NCBI RefSeq assembly: GCF_028368995.1
Contig: NZ_JAQNDL010000001.1
Span: 4,160,001 to 4,224,000, forward strand
DNA: 64,000 nt
Direction: 5' to 3'
From: Nannocystis bainbridge
GTDB lineage: Bacteria > Myxococcota_A > Polyangia > Nannocystales > Nannocystaceae
Positions 1 to 7,168 of the stretch are shown in pieces. Both the position numbers and the translations under genes were made by a program. Each line of letters begins with the position of its first letter. Positions within the stretch are counted from its first letter, which is position 1. Below the pieces are notes generated by a model. It was not told where the DNA came from and made no database searches. It was given only the letters and a program-made list of their open reading frames with translations.

Positions 1-306
1 ACGGTGATCAACGATTTCGCCATGCACTACATGGCCCACGAGCTGCCGTTCGGCGGCGTGCGCGGGTCGGGCTTCGGCCGCCTCAACGGCCCCGAGGGCC
101 TACGCGGGCTGTGCAACGTCAAGGCGGTGATCACCGACCGCCTGCCGATCCACGCCGCGGTCGAGATGTACCCGGTCCGCCCCGGCAACTACGAGCAGGG
201 CAAGGCGATCCTCCACATCCTCTACAGCACGAGCCTGGCCGGCCGCGCGCGCGGGCTCGTCGACATGGGCAAGGCGCTGTGGAAGCGCGCGGCGGCGAAG
301 AAGTAG
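1..306 (+). CDS. Aldehyde dehydrogenase family protein, C-terminal part (runs off window start)
   Basis: IND...ELPFGGVRGSGFGRLNGPEGL matches the ALDH C-terminal PFGG.K.SG.GR motif. Confidence 0.85.
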   Translation, partial: TVINDFAMHYMAHELPFGGVRGSGFGRLNGPEGLRGLCNVKAVITDRLPIHAAVEMYPVRPGNYEQGKAILHILYSTSLAGRARGLVDMGKALWKRAAAKK

Positions 307-307
307 C

Positions 308-335
308 TGTCCCCGGGGACATGCTCCGAAGAGCA
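308..335. repeat. 14-bp TGYC-N6-GACA units x2, with an ATG at the junction
   Basis: TGTCCCCGGGGACA TGCTCCGAAGAGCA. Confidence 0.75.
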
Positions 336-1283
336 TGTCGCGGCGGCGCGCTGGTCGTCCTGGCCTGCGGCTGGGCGGCCCTCCGCCTGCAGATGAACGG
401 CGAGTACAAGGGCGCGACCTGGGCCCAGATCGCCGAGTTCACCGCGCCGCTGCCGTTCGGTCACCGGCCGCTGATGTCGCTGGCGGCCTGGCCGCTGCGG
501 GCGGCGACGGACTGGCCGCTGGCGCTGGTGTGGGGCGCGCTCGAGGCCGCAGCGGCGCTCGGGCTGTGGCTCGCGCTGCGAGCGGCGCTGCGTCCGCTCG
601 TGGGTGCCCGTTGGGACATGTTCTTTGCGACATGTTTCTTCGCGCTGCTGGCGTTCCCGCTGCTGCTCAAGCACAAGTGGGCGGTGTTCTACCCGTGGGA
701 CACGCCGGCGATGGCGTTCACGGCGGCCGGGCTGGCGCTGGTGGCGAGCCGCAGGTTCGCGGCGGCGACCGGGCTGTGCTTCGTGGCGGCGCTGAACCGC
801 GAGAGCGCGGCGCTGATCCCAGCGGCCGCGCTGGCGCTGCACGTCGGCTTTTCAAGACATGTCCTTCGGGACATCCGAGCAGTGACGGGCCCGGTCCTGG
901 CGATGACGGCCGCGGTGGTGGCGGCGCGCGCGGCGGTGATGCTGGCGCTGCCCGACAACCTCGGGGCGGCGCTGCACTTCGCCATCGGCAAGAACACGCC
1001 GCGTTGGCTGCACAACCTCGAGTGGCTGGCGGAGCCGGTGCACTGGCTGTGGCTGCCGATGTACTTCGCGCTGCTGCCGGTGGCGTGGGCGCTGCTGTGG
1101 AGGTGGATCTCCGCCGACCACCGCCGCCTCGCGCTGGTCGCCCTGGCGTGGTTCCTCGGCCTGATGCTGGTCGCCAACATCTACGAGCCGCGCGTCTACG
1201 GCGAGCTGCTCGTGCTCCTCTACGTCCCCGTCGCGGCCGCGGCGTGCCGCTGGCTGCGCGCTGATACACTGGGCGCGGCATGA
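321..1283 (+). CDS. Polytopic membrane protein, unknown function
   Basis: Multiple hydrophobic segments with short loops (PFGHRPL, YPWDTP, LNRES, YEPRVYGE); ATG at 321; overlaps the start of the next gene. Confidence 0.65.
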   Translation: MLRRACRGGALVVLACGWAALRLQMNGEYKGATWAQIAEFTAPLPFGHRPLMSLAAWPLRAATDWPLALVWGALEAAAALGLWLALRAALRPLVGARWDMFFATCFFALLAFPLLLKHKWAVFYPWDTPAMAFTAAGLALVASRRFAAATGLCFVAALNRESAALIPAAALALHVGFSRHVLRDIRAVTGPVLAMTAAVVAARAAVMLALPDNLGAALHFAIGKNTPRWLHNLEWLAEPVHWLWLPMYFALLPVAWALLWRWISADHRRLALVALAWFLGLMLVANIYEPRVYGELLVLLYVPVAAAACRWLRADTLGAA

Positions 1284-2047
1284 GCAAGATCGAGCTGACG
1301 CCGGCGCAGAAGCTGGAGATCTTCGAGGAGTACCAGCGACGCATGCGCAGCTGCGTGCCATGGGACGCGGCGATGAAGTGGGCACCGGAGCTCAACCTCG
1401 TGGGCACGTCGTACCGGCCGCTCATCGCCTTCCCCGAGCTGGCGCCGAGCGACGCGCCGGTGGCCGAGCTGAACCCGGCCGAGCACGCCGACTCGCCGAA
1501 CAAGCTGTTCCGCTACTGCATCCGCTTGCACCGCGCTGGCCGCAGGCTGCAGACGTGGTGGGGGCCGGAGACGGGCTCGGTGATCTTTGACAGCGATGTG
1601 CCGATCCCGGCGATCTTCCAGTGCCTCGAGGGCGAGCCCGGGGTGTGGAGCGAGACGCCGTGGATGTCGCTGACGCCGGCCGAGCTGATGACGCTGCGCG
1701 AGGGCACGCGCCAGGCGAAGGGTCGAACGGTGATCGCGGGCCTCGGCCTCGGCCATCAGCTGATCGAGGCGTCGCGCCGGCTGCAGGTCAAGGAGGTGGT
1801 GCTGGTCGAGCGCAGCCAGGAGCTGGTCGATTTCTACCTGCCGAAGATCCGCCCGCACGTGAAGAAGCGCCTGACGGTGATCGTGGGCGACGCGTTCGCG
1901 GTGCTGCCGACGCTGGCGGCCGACGTGGCGCTCGTCGACATCTTTCCGAATTACGGCGGCAACGAGGCGGCGATGCTCGAGCTGCGCCGGCGCTGCCCGA
2001 AGATCAAGAAGCTGTGGGGCTGGGGCACGGCGACGATGTCGCTGTGA
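1280..2047 (+). CDS. Class I SAM-dependent methyltransferase-like (spermidine-synthase-like) protein
   Basis: VIAGLGLG glycine loop, VVLVERSQE acidic strand end, IVGDAF, LVDIF. Confidence 0.6.
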   Translation: MSKIELTPAQKLEIFEEYQRRMRSCVPWDAAMKWAPELNLVGTSYRPLIAFPELAPSDAPVAELNPAEHADSPNKLFRYCIRLHRAGRRLQTWWGPETGSVIFDSDVPIPAIFQCLEGEPGVWSETPWMSLTPAELMTLREGTRQAKGRTVIAGLGLGHQLIEASRRLQVKEVVLVERSQELVDFYLPKIRPHVKKRLTVIVGDAFAVLPTLAADVALVDIFPNYGGNEAAMLELRRRCPKIKKLWGWGTATMSL

Positions 2048-2113
2048 TCGGGACGAACGGTCGACGGGCGGGCGAGCTCCGCGGCATCGTCGCTCGAAAC
2101 GCGCCCCGAGTCT

Positions 2114-3076
2114 TCAGGACATGTCCTTGAGGACACGTCGCAGGAGGTCCGGCGCGCCGTGGGCGGTGAGGCGGCCCGAGGCGTCGATCTGCAGCTCGAC
2201 GTGATCGCGGCCGCGCCACAGCGCCGGGTCGGCGTGGCGCGGGGTGAGGTGGACGATCTGCTGGTTGGTCGAGCCGATCCACCGGCGGCCCGCGGCGGGT
2301 TCGCGGCGGCGGGCGTCGAAGCGGCCGTCGACGAGGGTGTCGGCGGCGTCGAGCAGGGCGCGCGCCCCGGGCATGGCCTGCAGCTCGGCGTGGGTGCGGC
2401 CGGTGAACACGAGGGTGCCGAGGCCGAGCTCGCGGGCGGCCCGGCACAGCGCGGCGACGGCCTCGGGTTGCTCGCTCGGTTCGCCGCCCAGCACGGTGAG
2501 GCCGGTGATCGCGTGGAGGTCGCGAGCGGCGCGCAGCTCGTCGACGAGCGTGGTGATGGCGAGGGCTTCGCCGCCGTCGCGGGCGAACAGCTCGGGGTTG
2601 CAGCAGCCGGGGCAGCGCAGGGTGCAGCCCTGTACCCAAACGGCGAACCGCAGGCCGGGGCCCTCGGCCTCGGTGCAGGCGACCCTGGCGGCGACCCGGA
2701 GCGTCACCGGCGAGGCGAGCGAGTCCCATGTCCCGACGGGCCTCGCGTTCGCGGCGAGGGCCTGCGGGTCCGTCGCAGAATCACATGTCCCTGCGGACAG
2801 CTTCCTCGCGGTTCGCCGCGGCGCCGTCGCGGAATCACATGTCCCTGCGGACAGCTTCCTCGCGGTTCGCCGCGGCGTCTCGACTTGCCCCGAATCCGTC
2901 GCGGAATCACATGTCCCTGCGGACATGTTTTTCGCTTCGAGCCGCGGCGTCTCGCCGTGAGCCGAGCCCGTCGCCGAATCACATGTCCCTGCGGACATGT
3001 CGCTCGCGTCGGGCCCCGTCGCAGCGGCTCGCTCGCTCGGCTCGACCTGCGCGCGGTCGCCTGGCTTTCCGCTCAT
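2114..3076 (-). CDS. Radical SAM 4Fe-4S protein, NrdG/activase-like, with repetitive N-terminal extension
   Basis: EAEGPGLRFAVWVQGCTLRCPGCCNPE (CxxxCxxC), LGGEP, DTLVDGRF, WIGSTNQ; start uncertain. Confidence 0.8.
   Translation of the reverse strand: MSGKPGDRAQVEPSERAAATGPDASDMSAGTCDSATGSAHGETPRLEAKNMSAGTCDSATDSGQVETPRRTARKLSAGTCDSATAPRRTARKLSAGTCDSATDPQALAANARPVGTWDSLASPVTLRVAARVACTEAEGPGLRFAVWVQGCTLRCPGCCNPELFARDGGEALAITTLVDELRAARDLHAITGLTVLGGEPSEQPEAVAALCRAARELGLGTLVFTGRTHAELQAMPGARALLDAADTLVDGRFDARRREPAAGRRWIGSTNQQIVHLTPRHADPALWRGRDHVELQIDASGRLTAHGAPDLLRRVLKDMS
2770..3001. repeat. Four in-frame repeats (54, 72, 72 bp spacing), each carrying GAATCACATGTCCCTGCGGACA
   Basis: Copies start at 2778, 2832, 2904, 2976; encode SAGTCDSAT on the minus strand. 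Confidence 0.9.
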
Positions 3077-3077
3077 G

Positions 3078-3881
3078 TCACTCGTCCAGCGGCGCCGGCA
3101 AATCCTCGGGGGCGTCGTCGTCGTCCGCGGCGAGCGGGGCCGGGTGGAGCGTGCCGGCGAACAGGGCGTGGAGATCGAGCTCCCGGTGCTCGCCGGCCGG
3201 CAGGTCGCGCGGCAGCTCGAGCGGGCCGAACGAGACGCGGCACAGGCCGAGCACCTCGGCGCCGAGGGCGGCGAAGATCCGGCGGACCTCGTGGAACTTG
3301 CCGGAGGCGATCGTGATGCTCGCCAGCGCACCTGTCCCTCGAGGCACCTGAAGACCGGGGTGAGCCTCGCCCTCGGCGAGCGGCAGGAGGTCGAGGATCT
3401 CGGGGCGGTGGCCGTCGTCGAGCTCGAGGTCGGGCGGCGGCGCGCGCCAGGGGCCGGTCAGGGCCGCCTGGTAGGTGCGGCGCACGGCGTAGCGCGGATG
3501 GGTCAGCCGGTGCAGCAGGGCCCCCTCGGTGGTCCACAGCAGGAGGCCGGAGGTGTCGAGGTCGAGGCGCCCGACGGCCCGGAGATCGCGCCCGAGCGGG
3601 GCCTCGCGGACGAGGTCGTAGGCGGTCTGGTGGCGATCGTCGCGCAGCGCCGTGACCACCCCGACGGGCTTGTGCTGCAGCAGGTGATAGCGGACCCGCA
3701 GCGTCAGCGGCTGGTGGTCGAACAGCACCGTCTGCGGCAGGGCGCTCGGCGCGATCTTCAGCCCAGGGTCGCGCAGCGGCTCGCCCTCGGGCGTCCGCAC
3801 CCGCCCGAAACGGACAGCCCGGGTGACCTGCCCGCGCGACAGGTTGAGGTTGTGAGCGATGAGGAGGTCGAGCCGCGGCAC
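3078..3881 (-). CDS. RsuA-family pseudouridine synthase with S4 domain
   Basis: RLD N-terminal S4-like start, HKPVGVVT, VGRLDLDTSGLLL, GKFHEVRRIF. Confidence 0.9.
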   Translation of the reverse strand: MPRLDLLIAHNLNLSRGQVTRAVRFGRVRTPEGEPLRDPGLKIAPSALPQTVLFDHQPLTLRVRYHLLQHKPVGVVTALRDDRHQTAYDLVREAPLGRDLRAVGRLDLDTSGLLLWTTEGALLHRLTHPRYAVRRTYQAALTGPWRAPPPDLELDDGHRPEILDLLPLAEGEAHPGLQVPRGTGALASITIASGKFHEVRRIFAALGAEVLGLCRVSFGPLELPRDLPAGEHRELDLHALFAGTLHPAPLAADDDDAPEDLPAPLDE

Positions 3882-3943
3882 CCCCGAAGCCTAACCTCGC
3901 TGCGCTCGCCACACCGACGAAAAGCGCGATAGTCTCGCGGCGC

Positions 3944-4543
3944 GTGGGTCGCCCCGAGCCGCTCCCCGACGAACGCAGCGTGGTCGAGAAGGCCGCCGCC
4001 GGGGACCGCCGCGCCTTCGAGCGGATCTACCGGGCCTACGCGCCGACGCTTTTCTCGTACGTGCTGGTGCCGATGCTCGGCGACCGCGACGACGCCAACG
4101 ACTGCCTGCGCGAGACCTTCCTCTCGGCGTATCGCCACTTGCCCACCTTCGTGTGGCAAGAGGCCGGGGTCTACCCGTGGCTGAAGACGATGGCGAAGAA
4201 CAAGGCGCGCGACCTGCTGCGGGCCTCGGGCCGGCGTCAGCGGCTGCGCGGCGCGTTCGAGGAGCACCTCGGCAACGCCGGCGCGACCGAGCCGAAGAAC
4301 CCCGCCGAGGAGGAGCTGCAGCGCGACGCCCTGCGGGTCCGCATCGAGGCCGTGATGGCCGAGCTGAACCCGCGCTACGCCCTGGTGCTGCGCCTGCGTC
4401 TGCTCGAGGATCGTCCGCGCGAGGAGTGCGCCCAGGCCCTCGATGTGAAGATCGGCACGCTCGACGTGCTCCTCTTCCGCGCGTGCAAAGCCTTCCGGGC
4501 CGCGTGCGAAAAACGCGGCCTGCCCGTCACCGCCGAGTTATGA
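3944..4543 (+). CDS. ECF (sigma-70 group 4) RNA polymerase sigma factor
   Basis: GDRRAFERIY, DANDCLRETFL, WLKTMAKNKARD (region 2); EECAQALDVKIGTLDVLLFRA (region 4). Confidence 0.9.
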   Translation: MGRPEPLPDERSVVEKAAAGDRRAFERIYRAYAPTLFSYVLVPMLGDRDDANDCLRETFLSAYRHLPTFVWQEAGVYPWLKTMAKNKARDLLRASGRRQRLRGAFEEHLGNAGATEPKNPAEEELQRDALRVRIEAVMAELNPRYALVLRLRLLEDRPREECAQALDVKIGTLDVLLFRACKAFRAACEKRGLPVTAEL

Positions 4544-4613
4544 CCCATGGCCTCGCGTAAGCTTTTTCCGGCAGCCCTCGTTCAGCCACAGACCGCGCCT
4601 TCAGGAGGCTCGC

Positions 4614-5180
4614 ATGACCGGGTCTGATCCGTCCGCCAACGCCCCCAAGCCCGAAATCGACCGCGCTGCCGCGCGCGGCGTCCTCGACCCGGCGTGGGAG
4701 GACGAGCTGCGGCGCGGCCAGGAGGCCGAGGGCGAGACCGGGTCGATCGAGCCCGAGCTGGCGATGCTCCGTCTGCTGCGCCACGCCAGAGCGCCCGAGG
4801 CGCTGACGGCCGGCGAGCTCGACAAGTTGTGGTCGGGCGAGCTCGCCCCGGCGCTGACGCCGACGCCGTGGTGGCGTCGCCGCTGGTTGTGGGGCGCCGT
4901 GCCCGCGGTGGCCACCGCGGCGGTCGTGATGGTGGTGATCCGCGGGCCCGAACCGCAGCCCCAGGCCAGCGTGACGGCGGCCGCGGCGCCGATGGAGCCG
5001 GGGCTGCTGCAGCCCGCGACCGCGACCGCGACCGCGGGGCCGAGCACCGCGCAGCTGCTCGCCCAGCAGTTCGCCCAGCTCGAGCACGACGCCCGCCGCG
5101 ACCTCGACGACCGCGTCGACGACGACCGCGGCCTCCTCCGCCAGGACCTCCTGGCCATGTCGCTCGGAGACAAGCCATGA
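4614..5180 (+). CDS. Putative single-pass anti-sigma factor
   Basis: Directly downstream of the ECF gene; WWRRRW followed by one TM helix. Confidence 0.6.
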   Translation: MTGSDPSANAPKPEIDRAAARGVLDPAWEDELRRGQEAEGETGSIEPELAMLRLLRHARAPEALTAGELDKLWSGELAPALTPTPWWRRRWLWGAVPAVATAAVVMVVIRGPEPQPQASVTAAAAPMEPGLLQPATATATAGPSTAQLLAQQFAQLEHDARRDLDDRVDDDRGLLRQDLLAMSLGDKP

Positions 5181-5284
5181 CGCGCCGGATCGCCAGGCCG
5201 CGCAACCGCGACGTCGCGCTCCGACGCGTCGTCCTTCGACATGTCCTTCGAGACATGTCAATCGGAGACAAGCCATGACGCGCC
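5164..5284. repeat. 23-bp direct repeat flanking 14-mer units
   Basis: TCGGAGACAAGCCATGACGCGCC at 5164 and 5262. Confidence 0.85.
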
Positions 5285-5817
5285 ACACGTGGATCGCCAC
5301 GCTCCTCGGCGTCGTCGTCGGCGCAGGCGTGATGCTGGCCGGCCTGGCCCAGGCCGGGCGGCTGGCGCCGGCGCCACGGCCCGAGGTCCTCGTCACCCTC
5401 GCCCAGACCGTCGACGCCGAGCACCGGCGGGTCGACCTGCTGCTCAAGCGGCGCGACTACGCCGGCGCGATCGCGGCGCTCGAGCAGATGCGGACCGTCG
5501 CCTGGCCCGAGGCGGCGGTCGCCGGCGACGCCGCCGCGGTGCTGCGCCACGACGTCTACGGCCGCCTGGTCCGCCTCCGCCTCGACCACCCCGAGGTCGA
5601 CCCGAAGACTCCTGACGCGCTGGCCGAGCTCGTCGGCGAGGGGCTCGGCGCCGACTACAAGGCGATCGCCACCAACGCGTTCACCGCCCGCCTCGTCGGC
5701 CTGCGCGGCGAGATCGCCGAGAAGCAGGGCCGCGACGGCGACGCCCTCGTCGCCTACGAAGAGGCCCTCGACATGAACCGCGCCCTGCTCCACCAGGCCC
5801 TGGGGAGCTCGCCATGA
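5275..5817 (+). CDS. Membrane-anchored or secreted TPR-like protein
   Basis: N-terminal hydrophobic segment; helical repeats DYAGAIAALE and LRGEIAEKQGRDGDALVAYEEAL. Confidence 0.65.
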   Translation: MTRHTWIATLLGVVVGAGVMLAGLAQAGRLAPAPRPEVLVTLAQTVDAEHRRVDLLLKRRDYAGAIAALEQMRTVAWPEAAVAGDAAAVLRHDVYGRLVRLRLDHPEVDPKTPDALAELVGEGLGADYKAIATNAFTARLVGLRGEIAEKQGRDGDALVAYEEALDMNRALLHQALGSSP

Positions 5818-5833
5818 CCGGGGTGTCCGGACC

Positions 5834-5903
5834 TGTCCGTTCAGACCTGTTCTTTCGTACCTTGCGTTTCAGACCTGTCGCAATGCACATGTCCCTGCGA
5901 ACA
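5834..5903. repeat. 14-bp-period tandem array x5
   Basis: TGTCCGTTCAGACC TGTTCTTTCGTACC TTGCGTTTCAGACC TGTCGCAATGCACA TGTCCCTGCGAACA. Confidence 0.75.
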
Positions 5904-6395
5904 CTCTCGCTCGCGCTCGCCGGGCTGGCCCTGACCGCCTGCGCCAAGAAGGCCGACACCGAGTCGGCGCCGCCCGAGACGGCCGCCGACGTCGCCGCGG
6001 GGCCGGAGGACATCGACGCCCTCGAGGCCCAGCTGGCCGCGCGTGAGGACCAGCTGCGGGCGCTCGGGGCCCCTCCGCCGGAGATGCGCATGGAGGCGGC
6101 CAAGCGGGCCGAGCACGAGGATGGCGACGCCCTCGCCGGCGCCGGTGATGCGAAGACGAAGACGGAGGCGCAGACGGCCCACGGCCCGGCGCCGTCGTCC
6201 GCACCGACCCAACCCGGCACCTCGCCCCGCCGCTGCGAGTCGGTCTGCGACATCACGACCTCGATCTGCCAGCTGCGCGACCACATCTGCGACCTCGCGC
6301 CGCGCCACGACGACGAGCCGCGCTACCAGCGGGCGTGCGAGCGCGCGACTACCGACTGCGAATTCGCCACGGAGGCCTGCCATGCGTGCTCGTGA
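5883..6395 (+). CDS. Lipoprotein with C-terminal 8-Cys domain (paralog 1)
   Basis: Lipobox LALTAC; C-x3-C-x6-C-x6-C-x15-C-x6-C-x6-C-x2-C at the C-terminus. Confidence 0.75.
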   Translation: MHMSLRTLSLALAGLALTACAKKADTESAPPETAADVAAGPEDIDALEAQLAAREDQLRALGAPPPEMRMEAAKRAEHEDGDALAGAGDAKTKTEAQTAHGPAPSSAPTQPGTSPRRCESVCDITTSICQLRDHICDLAPRHDDEPRYQRACERATTDCEFATEACHACS

Positions 6396-7134
6396 GCGCA
6401 CCGGCGCCGCGCTGGTGATGCTGGCCACCGCCTGCGCCCCGCAGGACCGCCTCGCCTCGCCGTCTCCACTCGACGCCCCGGCGCCGCAGGCCGCTCCGCA
6501 GGCCGCTCCGCAGGAAGAGGCCGAGCGCGGCAACCAGGACGACGAGCTCGGCCTGGCCGAGTACGAGCGCCTGCTCGCCGACAAGGAGACGCGGCTGCGC
6601 GCCGCCGGCGTGTTGCTGGCCGCGCGCGGGCCGTCGCTCGACGACGCCATCGCCGAGCGAGACCGCGGGCTCGCGCCGCCCGCGGTCGCGCCCGCGGCTC
6701 CATCGGCTCCCGGCGGAGTGATGGGCGGGGCGGTCGGTGAGGGTCGGGTCGCCACGGCCAAGTCCAGGCGGCCGACCAAGGGCGACAGCCCGTCGCCGGA
6801 CGCTTCGGGCAAGCACGAGGCCGCCCCTCCGCCAGCGCCTCCGCCCCGGCCGAAGGACAGCGCCACGCGCGAGAAGAAGGTCCAGTACGACCCGAACCCC
6901 AAGCCGACGACGAGCCAGTCCGGCTACGCCGCCCCGCCGGCCGACGACGAGCCGACGTCAGCGGGTCGTTGCCAGAACATCTGCGATCTGTCTGCTTCGA
7001 CCTGCGAGCTCGAGAGCAAGATCTGCGACCTCGCGGCCAAGCACGCCGACGACCCGCGCTACGGCGACCTGTGCCGCCGCGCCGACGAGGATTGCCGGCA
7101 GGCCGCCGAGGCCTGCCAGCGCTGCTCGCCGTGA
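6382..7134 (+). CDS. Lipoprotein with C-terminal 8-Cys domain (paralog 2)
   Basis: Lipobox-like MLATAC; same Cys spacing as the upstream gene; GGAGG before ATG 6382. Confidence 0.75.
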   Translation: MRARERTGAALVMLATACAPQDRLASPSPLDAPAPQAAPQAAPQEEAERGNQDDELGLAEYERLLADKETRLRAAGVLLAARGPSLDDAIAERDRGLAPPAVAPAAPSAPGGVMGGAVGEGRVATAKSRRPTKGDSPSPDASGKHEAAPPPAPPPRPKDSATREKKVQYDPNPKPTTSQSGYAAPPADDEPTSAGRCQNICDLSASTCELESKICDLAAKHADDPRYGDLCRRADEDCRQAAEACQRCSP

Positions 7135-7168
7135 GCGCGAATGTTGCGACGACGTCCCGCGGACAATG

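Noticed and set aside
2770-3001. Repeat-spacer-like pattern (22-bp repeat at 54/72-bp spacing) as a mini-CRISPR
   Set aside because: The intervening sequences are homologous to each other and in frame within an ORF, indicating tandem duplication rather than unique spacers.
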